Shown: piece after piece, positions 17,018-33,904 of the stretch
How positions within the stretch are numbered: position 1 is the stretch's first letter
How the letters are laid out: each line of letters opens with the position of its first letter
Assembly: GCA_965112735.1 (NCBI GenBank)
Contig: OZ218952.1
Coordinates: forward strand, 1,736,001 to 1,800,000
Source: Phaeosaccion multiseriatum
Lineage: Eukaryota; Protista; Ochrophyta, other classes
DNA: 64,000 bases
Direction: 5' to 3'
Program-made: the position numbers and the translations under genes
The notes under the pieces: model-generated
Database searches by the model: none
The model's input: the letters and a program-made list of their open reading frames with translations, nothing else
What the model was told of the DNA's origin: nothing

Positions 17018-19862
17018 ATGTTTCCGGTCCAGCGACGTATCGGAAGGAGTTGGTGGGGAGCAGCGAGCGTGCTTATCATCGGCCGCTTCCTCCCGCAGGG
17101 CGCTGCCACTACAGCCACTTCAATCGCCGCAGCCAGCAGCCGCGGCGGCACGCGGCCCACCCAGTTGGCCCCGCCGGTAGCAGTGCATGAAGAGGCTCAC
17201 GCCACGGTGGTGCGATGGCCCGCCTCAGGGGATACCGAGGTGGGACGCATCAGAGGATACGCCCTCCAGTACAGGAGTGAGGGGGTTAAAGTTAGAAGCG
17301 ATGCGGCAGGTGTGTGGACGTCAGTGGAGGGCCACAACAACGATAGCACTTGGGTGGTGTCGGTCCGGGTAGACGGCTTTGACAGTTCCACTGACACGAT
17401 CCGAACGGTGGGCGACGGGTGGTGGACGCTCAAAATCACGGCCACGTACCCTTCGCCGAGCGTGGAGACTGACCTGGAAGTCGTCACCCAGCCCATTGCC
17501 TGGGATGACGACTGGTTCCGTGTAAAGGAGGCCATCGAGGCTGCTCTTCGCGATTCAAAGGACCCCACCTTCTCCTCCTTCCGAGCCGACGTTGTGCGTT
17601 GCGACGAGATGACTGAGCATCTGGATCAGTATGGAGGGTGGCTGGAAGGGTGTGGCACCAACAATAGCGAAGGTGAGGGTGGGCGCAGAAGAGACGAGAA
17701 GCAGCTGGATCTGGGGGCCTACGCCTGGCACATCCGTCTCTCAGCACCACACCTCGCGGTCACTGCGGTGAATGCGGATCGGTCAACAGCAGCAGTAGCA
17801 GGAGCAACTCCGCAGCCGATTTTGTACATGAGCTTGCAGGAAGAGACGATTACAGGGAGGTGGAGCGGGCCAGGCCCTCAGGTGGAGGTGAGGCGATTGC
17901 AAGAGGTTCACCGGCAGCAGCTGCAGCAGCTGGGTGGTGATGGTGGGGGTGATAATGATGACAGCATCGGTCCACAAAGCCTACTGGACCCGTTTCTCAT
18001 TTGCCGGATGGACCAGTGGGAGCGACACGATAAATACAGCGTGTGCACCACCGAGGTGGGCGGCCTCATGGCAGGGGAGACGTACTCCTTTCGCTTGCGC
18101 GTCCTCAACGAGGCCGGCTGGGGAGCGTGGTCTTCCGTGTCGCAACACCTTCGTCTGGCCCCCTCCTCCGCTTCCCTCACGCCAGCTCAGCCTTTTGCGC
18201 CTCTGCTCTCGAGTCGCAGTGGGCCCCACTCAATCACGGTGAGCGTGGCGACTCCGCGGCAGGAGAACCACCACCACTGGCGCCAGCAGGGGGAAGAGAG
18301 GGAGACGGCGCCTGTGACGGCAGTGTACGCTTTTGAGCTGCAGAGGGAAGGGGAGGCAGCTTGGGTGGACGCCGGAGAGCTTCCTTTGCCGCGTGATGGC
18401 AGGGTGAGTGGGCGGCAGACGCAGGAGCAGCGGCAGTGGGTGACGAAGACAATCGACCAACTCGAGCTAGACTCGGGCTATCGAGTGAGGGTAAGAGCCA
18501 AGACCACGGCAGGCGTGTACGGCCCATTCAGCGCGCCTTCCCTGCTGTTGGTGACCCAAGGCTCGACCCCTGCCAGACCCGCGGTGGCACCCGAGGTGGA
18601 CACTCTGCGAACCACCAACAGCAGCCTGACCGTTCGATGGGTGGGGCCCGAGGAAGAGGAGAAGCAGGGGGAGGAGGAGGACGGGTTCCCAAGAAGACCG
18701 CCGGTAACGTCTTTCGAAGTGCAGTACGCTGCTCTTCGATCTCCAGCCGGCTGGCAATCGGCAGGGTCTACCCCTGTTCCGGGCAGGGAGGGGGACAGGG
18801 AGGTGGAGGTGGGGAGCGAAGGGCGGACAGGACTGGATGGGGGGGCGGGGGGCATGGGAATGCAAGTGTTGGGGCTGGAGCCGTATAGGAGATACCAGTT
18901 CCGGATACGGGCGTTCAACTCCGAGGTAAGGTGGAGCACGCCAGTCCTTGATGCATGAAGGAGCATGAAGGAGTGAGTGAGCGAGCATGCTTCCATCCAG
19001 TGAGGCTCGACGGAGCGATGGAGTCCTCCGCCCCCAAGCTCTCCCCGCACTGAAAGTAGTGTTCGTGTTCCACTTGTGCTGGTGGTGCTGCTGCTGCTGC
19101 TTCTTCTTCTTCTTCTTCTTCTTCTTCTTCTTCTTCTTCTTCTTCTTCTTCTTCTTCTTCTTCTTCTTCTTCTTCTTCTTCTTCTTCTTCTTCTTCTTCT
19201 TCTTCTTCTTCTTCTTCTTCCGTCGCTGCTGCTGCTTCTGTTGTGCTGCTGGAAGGAATCACTCAAGTGCTGCTACCTTTTCGCCACCCAATGCTTGAAC
19301 ACACAAACACACACACACTCACACACACTCACACACACACACACACAGGGACCCTCCGAGTGGTCCGACCCTTCTCCCTGGTACCGGACCCTTCCCTCCC
19401 TCCTCCCTGCTGTGTACCCTGACGACAAGCCCGAGGAGCGCTACCCCAGCAGAGACCTCAGAGACAAGGGAGCAGAGGCTCGCTCGAGCCTCTCGGGGAG
19501 GAGCATGGCAGCGCTTCTTGTACCGCCCTTGATGCCGGAGTTGAGGTTCGTCAACAGTTCTGCTTGCCGAGTGGCATGGAGGGCGGCGACGCTCAACCCC
19601 CCGGGGCAAGAGATTGGGGCGTTTCAACTCGAGCTGGCGGAGGGGGGCTTCAGTGAGGACTTTGCCTTGGTGCTCAGGTGAGCGGGAGGGAAGGGAGGGA
19701 AGGGGTTGCGGGATGAATCGGTCGGCCGAAAAGAGTAGAAAAGTACAAGAACAAAAGCATAGTTTCTCTCTCCCTCCCTCCCTGCCTCCCTCCCTCTCTC
19801 TCTCCCCCCCTCCGCCTCTCCCTCCCTCCCTCCCTCCCTCCCCCCATCCCCCCCCCCCCCCC

Positions 19863-19898
<36 letters not shown>

Positions 19899-22800
19899 TC
19901 ACACGCCGTCCCTCTCCCCTCTCTCTCCTCATCCCCGTCCACCTTGCCCCCACCCTTTCACACTCACAACCACCGACCACAGCGGCACCGTAGCAGACTA
20001 CTACTCCTCTTCTTACAGCAAGAAAGGCACCTTCTCGCCACCACCCCTGGCCCAGCAAACCTTCCTTCACACCATCGGGGGCCTGACACCCAGCAGTCTC
20101 TATCGCGTGCGGGTGCGTGTGCAGCCGTCCCGAGGGGGCTCGTTTAGTCCTCCCTCCGAAGCGCTGACTTTTGAGACGGAGGCCCTTCCGGCCAATGGGT
20201 GGGAGAGACTCAACGCGAGACAGCTGCTGCAAGCGAGACGCGGTGGGGGGTTCTCGGCAAGGGTGCAGGGACGGCCCCATTTAGATACTGCGGCAGAGGT
20301 GAGAGAGAGACAAGAGAGAAGGGAGGAGGGAGGAGGGAGGAGGGAGGAGGGAGGAGGGAGGAGGGAGGAGAAGGGCAAGAAGGAGGAGGGGAGGGGGAGG
20401 GGGGGGGGGGGGGGGTTAGAACAAAGGAGAGGAGGAAGTGCGTGCCGTACCATCTTTTCGGACTCCCTCCCCCTCCCACACACACGCCCACACTGCCGAA
20501 AACCTGTCTTTTCCTGTACCGTCTCGGCAGGTGCGGGACTCCGAGGCGTCGTCGGACAGCAGCAGATGGAGCGACTTACCCACGGGGGCGAGGGAGGCAT
20601 TGCCCGACCCCCTCACAGGCCATAGGTACGTACGTACGTACGTACGTCCTTCTACTTAGCTACACCACAGAATCCATTGCTGCACGACGCAATCCACGAC
20701 TCCACCACGGAATCAAATGCTACCCCACGGTGAATTGTACATTTGCTTGCTTCGACGGCACCCTTTCCTCTTACGTACTTTCTTACCCATTCTACGCTCT
20801 TCGTTCTTCCGTCTCCCCCCCCTTTCTCTCTCTGTGTGGTGTGCACCTCTATCCCTCCCTCCCTCGTTCCCTCCCTCCGTTTCTCTCTTCTGCTCTCTCT
20901 CTCCGTATGTGTGCGTCTCTCCCCATCCCTCCCTCCCTCCTTCTCTCTCTCCCTCTCTCCCTCCTCCCACTCCTTCCCCCCTCTCTCTCTTTCCTCGCAC
21001 ACAACAGTATGGTAGTGATCGGCGGTGCCGCCTACGTCTTCGGAGGCCTAAGCTCCGGCCACCCCTGCAGCTCCGCCATCACAGACACAGGGAATCGTCT
21101 GTACAACCCCACAGGAGTCGACACCGCCTCTGACCCCACCCAAGAGGACGTCATATCGGGCTGTCGGGCCAATAACGGGAGAACACAAGCCCTGTGGAGG
21201 TTCGATCCCGCGCTGCTGCGGTGGGAGGAAGTGCAAGTACAGGGTGTCAGGCCCCCGGCCAGGGATGGGCACGCAGCGGCCGTGCTGACAGGAGGGAGGA
21301 TGCTGGTGTTCGGGGGGAGGTGAGAGAGGAGGGGGGGGGGGGGGAGGAAAGGGGAGGGGGGAGGGAGGGAGGGAGGGAGGGATACGAGATTCCTCTTGTG
21401 TGTTTGTACTACTCGTCTAGTTTGCTGACAGAAGTGTTTACTTTTGGGTTCGTCCATTCCAATCCCGTCCCCATTCCCCTCATGTACCTCTTACCCCACA
21501 CAGAGTGAGCGGCGGCAACAACGCGTCCTCCGCAGATGAGGACAACGTGGCCGATGCAGTGGTGCAGGCGGATCTGTGGGAGATTGACTTGGACCGCAAA
21601 GATACGCTACTCGGCTCCTCCTCCTCCTCCTCCAGTCCCGACGGCGGGCTGGCCCTCTCGAGCGGCTTCACCTTCTCTCCTATCAACATCACTTCTTCTT
21701 CTTTGAGCGACGACAACTATGGCAGCTACTCCCCCTCCTCTTCCTCTTCCTCCTCTTCCTCCTCCTCCTCCTCCTCCTCCTCTGACAGCGCCAGTAGCCT
21801 CGCCATGTGCGTGGTGGACGTTGAAGTGTCAGTGGACATTACCCACCCCTGCCCTTCGCGCCTCGAAGTGGTTCTCTACGGACCGGGGCCCGTCACAAGA
21901 AGCGCCAACCTGTTGCCAACGTCCCGAGGTACGCCCACCACGCTGCTCCACCGCTCCTTCCACCCCCACCACAGCCACCACAGCCACGCAGAGGCCTGTC
22001 GCGTGGGTACGGTGGAAGGTGGGGGGCGGTCTCCGAGTGGGGATGGTCGGGAGGGCACTGGAGTGGGCCCAGGCTGCCGCTTCTCCGACGCTGCCACGGC
22101 AAAGTGGGGGATGACGGGCGTGGGTGCGTGTGTGGACGACCACGTTCGCCCCGCCGAACCTCTCTCCGCGGCGTATGCGGGCGCCCCTGCCGACGGTGAA
22201 TGGGTATTGGCGGTGCTGGACCCAAGTAGTGACGCCTATGCAGATGGCGACGGCGGTGGTGGAGTGCTTCGTAACAATGGCAACGGGACCTTGGACAGTT
22301 GGAGCATTGAACTTACCGTACAGCCCTGTGCTGGCGACGACGCCCTACGGTGGGTGAATCGAACGGCGGACGCGAGCAGCGCCACAGGAGAGAGACCGAG
22401 CCCGAGGTTTGGGCATGGAGTAGTCGTGCTCGGCGGTGAGAGCTCCGGTCACAGCAATAGCACCAACGGGAGCAGCGTGTTTGTGTTCGGAGGGAGGGGG
22501 GACGGGGCAAACGTGACGATGGAGGGGGAATTGTGGCGGCTGGACGACTACGAAAGTAGTAGCGGTAGTAGCTGGACGTGGACCCGGCTTGCCTCTTCCT
22601 CTGACTACAGCAGCAGCTCGGCAGGGGGGAGCATGGCAGCGTCGAGGGGGGCGGGCAATTTGGATTTGCCTGCTCTGTCCGGAGCTTCCATCGTTCTCAC
22701 TCCCCATGGCCTCTTGGCCATCGGAGGCACGGCAGCGGCCACTTCCGCCGCTGCAGCAGTTGGTGATACAGCAGCGTCGTCATCAGCAGTAGAAGCAACC

Positions 22801-23493
22801 GTGTGGAGGAGAGACATGATGACAAGAGCGTGGACTAGACTTTACTTTGAGACTGAGTACGCCCACACACTCCCCAATCGCCACCGCGAGGAAGGGGCCA
22901 AGAGGGGCCTGCGGTGGCCGCTGCTGTCGGAGGATGGACCGAGGCTAAGGAGTGGGGCCGCCGTCGCCTTCCTTCCTTCGAGGGGGCGTCTCGTGGGCGG
23001 CCTTGGGAGCTTCTTGTTCACCACTGAAGAGGGCATCAGCCGTGACTCTGTTGGTGCTGTATCACCAACTGCTGAGGTGACGATTGCCTTGTTTGGAGGC
23101 ATGGCCGCCGATGTGTGGGAAATGGGAGACCTTTGGCTCCTCTCGGTGAACAATGTGTCCTCCTCCTCACCCACACAGAAACAGGCACAAGCAGCACAAG
23201 CAGTAGCAGCAGCAGCCCTCGACGGAGAAGGAGGAGGAGGAGGAGGAGGAGGGTCCACCATCACACTGCACCACACACCTGTCACCGCGGAGTCCATGCA
23301 GCGAGAGAAAGACGAGTTTTGCGCGCACCATTTCGTGGTCAACGGCACCGCCAACGCGCTTTGGGAGAGCACGTGTATGGCCCAGGGGGGAGGGGGCGGG
23401 GGCGGGACAGGGTGCGCTGCCAGTGACGTCATGCTGCGTGCCTGGTGTCGGGATGAGTATCAGAGTGTCGGGGCCCTCATCCGTGCCTTGTAA
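17018..23493 (+). CDS. Large, probably secreted protein: multiple fibronectin type III domains + Kelch repeats with an inserted proprotein-convertase P-like domain
   Basis: Exons approx. 17018-18925, 19349-19677, 20019-20299, 20531-20626, 21008-21319, 21504-23493. FN3 signatures: GLMAGETYSFRLRVLNEAGWGAWS, LELDSGYRVRVRA, LEPYRRYQFRIRAFN, LTPSSLYRVRVRV. Kelch: AYVFGG, PPARDGHAA, PSPRFGHG, VFVFGG, LFGG. P-domain: VEVSVDITHP..LEVVL...GEWVLAVLD...GTLDSWSIEL. Confidence 0.85.
19099..19220. repeat. (TTC)n microsatellite, intronic
   Basis: Directly visible. Confidence 0.97.
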
Positions 23494-23858
23494 GTGATGA
23501 TTGGAACTGTGAAGAGGATAAGACAGAAGGGCCCACAAGAAATGTGTCGTGCGTTCACTTTTACCGCACATTGCTTCTCACCACTGTTCTTCCTTGTCAA
23601 GCCCAAGGCCCAAAGCTCCAAGGCCGTTGTTTGAATGGTTGGGAAGCGCTGATCCAACTAAACCATGGGTCAAAAATTACACACACCATATATATATATT
23701 CCATACATGTATTAGATTCTGTGATATTTTTGACCTCCTATCTTAATGCTTACCGCTACTTACTTACTCAGACGTACATCATACTTACTTACGCAGATGA
23801 GCGACAAACGCGTAGAGATTCCAAGTCGCCAGTTGTCATAGCAGTACAACTAACTCGC

Positions 23859-27482
<3,624 letters not shown>

Positions 27483-27611
27483 AGCTCCACGCAAGGATGG
27501 GCAAGAGCTTGGGGCGCCTTATTTGTGATGGGGTCGGCCGGGCCAGCGATGGGCCATTGACCGCCGTCGGATCACAGTTCGAGTTTCAGATTTGAGGACA
27601 ACAGTTTCAGT

Positions 27612-27721
27612 TTCGACCCCTGACGCACTGCTCCGCCATCGCTCTCGCGCGCTGTCGGGCCCCCCGGGGCCCAATAGCGCGCTATCGAGAATGTGGGCGA
27701 TAGTGTGCGTCAGGGGTCGAA
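27612..27721. mobile_element. MITE-like 110-bp fold-back element
   Basis: Perfect 17-bp TIRs TTCGACCCCTGACGCAC / GTGCGTCAGGGGTCGAA, flanked on both sides by CAGT (putative 4-bp TSD). Interior also palindromic. Confidence 0.6.
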
Positions 27722-28114
27722 CAGTTCTTACATGTATCTCGATAGTGTCAAAATTCTTCTTCTTCTTTCTTATGTATCTACATTGGAGAGGGGTGGTCCC
27801 GGATAGGGTGCTGGGGTTCTCGGTTCCGGCCGACGCCAGCCGACCCCGGTGGTTCCTGTTTCAAATTCAGAGACTTCGGAAACCTCGTCCAGCGTCGACG
27901 CCTCTACGGTAGGCGTCCATCCACGCAAAGGGTGGATGGACGGACAGAGAGGGAGGCGAGGAGGGATGGCTTGGCGAGTTGGGTGATACCCGGCATGAGT
28001 CGCACGTAGCGACACACTCACACGCACCCCCCACACACCCACAGAGACGCCGCCCTCTCGCCCCCTCGCAAACCCGCCAACCAACAATCAACCCAACCAC
28101 CACTAGCTACGCTT

Positions 28115-29064
28115 CTAAGCTCTTGACCCTCGCTTCGAGCGACCCCCCGACTCCTGCCCCTGCCTACTGTTAGCGTTTCCCGTATGCTCTGGGCATGTGC
28201 AGTGATCTCCAAAGGCTTTTCTCTTGTAGTGGATAAACAGTTCCTGCTTAGGCTTGATGCGGTCTTTGCTGAAGAAGCCCAGACGGGGAATGTGCTTGTC
28301 TCGGGAGTTGCTCTGCATGAGCTTCTTCTCCACGTTGTAGTTGCTGCACCGGTGGTTGACGAACGCCGCCACGTTCCTGAACCTATAGAAGAGGAAGGAA
28401 AGAAGGAAGGAAGGAGGGAAGGAAGGAAGGAAGGAAGGGAGGAGGGACGGGAAGGAAGGGGGGAAGGAAGGAAGGAAGGGAAGCAAGGGGGGAAGGAAGG
28501 GAAGCAAGGAGGGAAGGAAGGAAGGAATGTAGAAGGAAGGGAGGAAGGGAGTCAAAGGTGTATTCGACAATATCGAAGCACCTACCCTCCACACAAAAGC
28601 CAAGACAAATGTTCTGAACACCCCACACACCCCCAACAACCCCCTTACACACGCACGCACGCACGCACATTGTGGCGTCGATGACGAAGACATGCTCTTG
28701 ATGCTTGCTCTGTTCTCCACCTTTAGCGTCCAGAGAGAATTCATACATGCCCATGCTAAGTAAACAGAAACACAAAAGGGAAGAGGGAAGGCGCGGTGTG
28801 ATTCTAGAGTAATGGTTTGTCTGTCAGAGTAATGGTTTTTCTGTCAGAGTAATGGTTTGTATGTCAGAGTAATGGTTTGTATGTCAGATTAATGGTTTGC
28901 ATGTCAGAGTAATGGTTTGTATGTCAGAGTAATGGTTTTTCTGTCTTGGTAATGGTTTGTCTGTCAAGACTATCTTCCAAGCCACCTCGCTCACTCTGAG
29001 ATGCTTTCGGAATCGTGCAGGTTTTGCATAGAACAGACAACAAGAACAAGAACAAGAACAACAA

Positions 29065-29136
<72 letters not shown>

Positions 29137-32100
29137 ACTACGAGTGGAGAGGAGGTGAGAAGAACGCGTACTTGCTGCTTGCTTACCGTTCAAACATTTC
29201 TTTTCTGCTCGCGCTTTGCGTGGTCTTGTCTGGGATAATCTCTCCGGCATACTCAAACAGAAACGATCCGGCCCTGATGAGGTTTCGGGCCCGGACTCCC
29301 CACCCCATTGCCTTGGTCTTGAAGATCTTGGGGGGGAAGAGGAGGGAGGGAAGGGGGGGGGGGAATCAATCACTGTCTCTCTCACAACCACTTGCTCACT
29401 CACTCACTCCCTCCTTCACTGGGAGTGAGGGAGCGAGGGAGAGGGAGGGGGGGGGCGAGAATCACTCCATGTCTCTCTCTCACACACCCTCTCCTTCTCT
29501 CACTCAATCTCTCACTCACTCACACTCTCCTGCTCTCCCCCTCTCTCTCCGCTCACCTCCACATCCACCCCGGGAGACACCCCAAACTCGAGATGCCTTC
29601 GCTCACAGTCCACTCGTCGCGGCGGCGGAAGGTAGTGTGACGCAAAAGGCAGGGGCTCCAGAGCTCCGGGGAGGGGGGGGCGAGAGGCGCAGGCACACTC
29701 GTAGTTGCAAGTGTACTGGGAGGGAGGGAGGGAGGGAGGGAGGGAGGGAGGGAGGGAGGGAGGGAGGGAGGGAGGGAGGGAGAGGACAGGCCGCGAGGAG
29801 GGGTGTGGTGTATGTGGGGCGGAGAGTGGGGGGGGGGTTGAGTGGTGGGTGATCCTTTGGTGTCTGCGGTCTTCTCACAACAACAACAACACCCGCACGC
29901 CACTCACCTTGTGGCTCCCAGACCCGTGGCTCTCGTTGCAGTGATTGCTGGCTGTGTGGGAGTTGCGAATGCCCTTAATGGCCTGACATGTGTCGATTGC
30001 TTGGCAGCAGTTACACCCCCTGAGTGTAGTAGAGTGAGCATCGCGCTGCACAGCGAGGCCCCAGTCAACGATGGCTCCTTTGCCCTCCACTGCCCTGGTC
30101 AAGTAGGTGAACTTGTGTCTGAATATCGAAATAATGTGTATCGAGCATCGAATTATCGAATATCGAGTAGAAGGGGAGGGAATGTGTGGTGTGTGTGTTA
30201 GAAGAGAAGCGGGGGGGCTGCATGTAATGGGGTTACGAGTCTGAGACATTAACCATCTGTAATCTTAACATACCCTGGGAATGGCTCGTCGTCCACTTCA
30301 TTCACCCACGGAATGGGTCTTAGCTCGCGCCCGTTGGAAATGTCGGGCCCGCTGAGCATGCCCGGCGGCCACAGAACAATGTCCCTCGTAATGGGCGCCC
30401 CTGACGGCTTGAGCAGGGAGAAGCTTGAATTAAGCAGGTACAACGCCTCCACGGCATAGCTGCTCTCCGCCGCGTGGATCGGAGAACAGTGCTTGCTATC
30501 CAGTGGGAGGGCTAAGGCAGGGAGGTGGCCGATGATGCGAGTAAAGTAGAGAAGCATGGAGAGGAGGTCGACATGGTTGTGGGCAGCGGCCACGTGGAAG
30601 GCCGTGGCGCCGAGGGGCACGGACTTTAGCGAGTGCTTCCTTCTCTTGCGGTGTTGAGGGCGGGGGGGTTTGGGCTCGTGGGAGGGGTCGGGGTTTGGCC
30701 ACCCTGGGTAGGCGAGTGCAGAGGCGGACAGCAGGTTTCGAACCTGAGTAGGGGGGGGGGGGGGGCGGAGGGAGGGAAGGAGGGAGGGGAGGAGGGAGGG
30801 GAGGAGGGAGGGGAGGAGGGAGGAAGGAAGGAGGGAGGGAGGGAGGGAGGGAGGGAGGGAGGGAGGGAGGGAGGGAGGGAGGGAGGGAGGGAGGGAGGGA
30901 GGGAGGGAGGGAGGGAGGGAGGGAGGGAGGGAGGGAGGGAGGGAGGGATGAAGGAAGGGAGGGAGGAAGGGTGGGGGGGAGGGTGGGAGGTAAGGTTGAG
31001 TGGGAGAGAGAAACTTTGTCGTGCCACACCCACTAACTCCATCTTCTCGTCCGTGCTTTGTGGGGGGCTGCTTTTTGGCATGTAAGTACGTACGCACGCA
31101 CGCACGCACACACGCACGAAGAGCACTTGCGCTCTTGTACAGCACACCCACCTACCTATTCACCCGCAATCCACCCCGGCTCATCCCCACCCACTCCCGC
31201 CCACCCCACACACACATGTAACCCCCACCCACCCCCACTAGCTGTGCCCTTCCCCTTCCCATTCCCCCTCCCCTTCCCCTTCCCCTCCCCCCTCCCCTTC
31301 CCCTTCCCCTTCCCCTTCCCCTTCCCCTTCCCCTCCTCCCCTTTGCCCCTTACCAGCTTCATTTTCCCACACGAGGTCGCCCTAAGCAGGAACTTGCCCA
31401 GCAAGCACAGCGAGCACAGCGATTCGGAGGGTCTTGCAAAATGCCCCGATGATGTTTGTGACGCGTTACTGTGACCCACCCCCAACTGCTTCAGCTGCTG
31501 CTCCTCCTTCTCCGCCTCGGCCTCCAGCGCCGCATCTGCAGCAGCCTTGGCAGCACCGTCGTCAAGCACCCTACACTTGAGGCAAAGAGCCTTCTGACAG
31601 GTGATGCACTGTTTCACCATCACCGAGGCCCAGCGCCCCGCATCCCCTCCTCCAGCCCCACTCCGACCCCCGCCCCCGTGCTGACGGGTGGACTCAACGT
31701 CATAATCGATCATCTCCTCGTCCTCGTCTTCGCTCCACCCCAGCGTCAAACCTTGTAGGCAGCCTACACACCTCAGGCCGAGGTATCTGAAACGCGTCAG
31801 CTCCGGCGCCAGTGAGCCTTCTCCTCCTCCGCCAAATTCTTCTTCTTCTTCTTCTTCTTCTCCTCCTCCTCCTCCTCCTCCTCCTCCTTGTTGTTCTTCT
31901 TTTCCTTCTCCCTCCTCATCCACTCCGCCTCTTCCTTGCTCCCCTTCTCCGCCTCCAGCAAGAGCTACTGCTACTCTATCACCAACTGCTGCCGCTGCTG
32001 CTGCTGATGATGAGGAGGAGGACGACGATAATGATGACCGTGAATGCAAAAAGAACGATCGGCTTGCGCTCAGCCCTCCTTCTCCGCGGGCAACCTTGGA

Positions 32101-32849
32101 AGGGGGCCCGTCTCCATCTTCTCCGCCATCGTTTCCATCTTCTCCTTCTTGTGACGACTCTTGGTCCTCCTCTGACGTCATAGTATCGGTCAACGTCTCT
32201 ACAAAGTCCAGTCTCGCCACGCCCTTGCTGGCCATGGTCCGTAAGGCGTGCAGCCAGTGGCACGCCTTGCGCACCTTCTCCTCCACCTTGACAACCCTGC
32301 AGCGCGTCCCTTCGGTGTGGGTGCGCCATATGCGATGAGCACAGCAAAAGTCAAAGTACCGCAGTGCTTCTCGGCTGAGAGCCACGCAGGAGCCAGTTAG
32401 TGATACAGCATCGTCGTCGTCGTCGTCGTCGTCATCATCCTCCTCCTCTTCAAACTCAAAATCAAAGTCATCATCGCAGCGCCAGTTCTCATCCTTGTGC
32501 GCTTCTCGAACCCCCCAATCGCTCTTGGCCTCACACTCTGCCGCCGCCGAGAGGATGTCTTGCGCAAATGGCAGGCACGCCATGAAGCGGATCCCGTTGT
32601 CCGCTGCAATAAGGTTTGCGCACCCCACCAGCAGGGGGGAGGCGTGACGTAGGAAGAAGGAGGAAGAAGACTGCCTCCTCTCGTGCTCTGCTTGGAAGGT
32701 GGCGAGGGCCTCCAGCAGCTCATCTTCCTGTGAGGGGCGGTGATGGTCAAGGCTGTGGCCAAGAGGCGCTGCTGCTACTGCTGCTGCTGCTGGTAGGGTG
32801 GGTGGTGGAGCTTGTTTGCTCATGATGGCCTGTCTCTCCACCTTATGGG

Positions 32850-32883
<34 letters not shown>

Positions 32884-33852
32884 CAGCAGCAGTAGAACGA
32901 CGAAGAGAAAGTGAGATGCACGAGCAGCAGCAGGAGCAGCAGCAGCAGTGCGAAATGGGCAGTTATTCTGTAACGGAACAAAATCACCAACGCAGGGGAT
33001 GAAAGCCGGGGAAGCACAAAACACACAAGGCAAAGCTGGACAGCGTGGGCGGGAGGGGATTGAGTAAAACTTGTCCGACTCTTCCTTACCCGATAGCCTC
33101 CTTTTTGCAGCAACAAGTCCTGGTGGCACTTTTCGCTGCAAAACGCCACGGCACCCCACTGCTTACAGACGCCACGCCGCCACCAGCGCTGCTGCTGCTG
33201 CTGCTGCTGCTCGTCTTCGGTCACATCCATTTGTACAGGAAGAGCTCCTTCTCCTGCTACCCTCCCCTGCTCCTGCTCCTTTCCCTGCTCCTCCCCATGC
33301 TGCCTCCCCTTCGGTCCGGGACAATGCGACTTTCGGAACTCTTGCTGCAAGCACCACGGGTGGGCATAGCTCCTGCATGTGTTGGCGCGGGGGCAAGGAT
33401 ACACGAGGTAGTCGTCCTCTGTCTTCTGGCTGAAGAACCAACCGCCCCAGGTCCCAAACAGGGCCCACACATCCACACGCAGGGGCAGGGGGGGCAGATG
33501 CAAAGGGGGAGAAGGCGTGATAAGAGTGCCCAAAAGCCCCCCACACAAGAGCCAAAGGAGCAGCTGGCGTAGATGCGATAAACAGAGAGCCCCACTGCTA
33601 GATGATGACTCCCCATCTCAGCAGCCAATTTGGCTGGCTGACTAGTCTTTTCACCCCAGGTTGGCGATCCGAACCTCCATAGCCGCTCTACAGCCGCTCT
33701 ACACTCACCACACGCTGCACACCACCTCCGTGCCTTCCTTGTCTCTCTTGTTGCCCGAGTTGGTGCAGCCTTTGACCCAGTCTTTCAGCGCTGCCAATTT
33801 GTACCGAGGGGGCGGCACTTCAAAGACATGTTGTTGTTGTTGTTGTTGTTGC

Positions 33853-33904
<52 letters not shown>

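Noticed and set aside
28806-28965. CRISPR-like appearance of regular repeats (also 63463-63600)
   Set aside because: No unique spacers, no cas genes, eukaryotic context.
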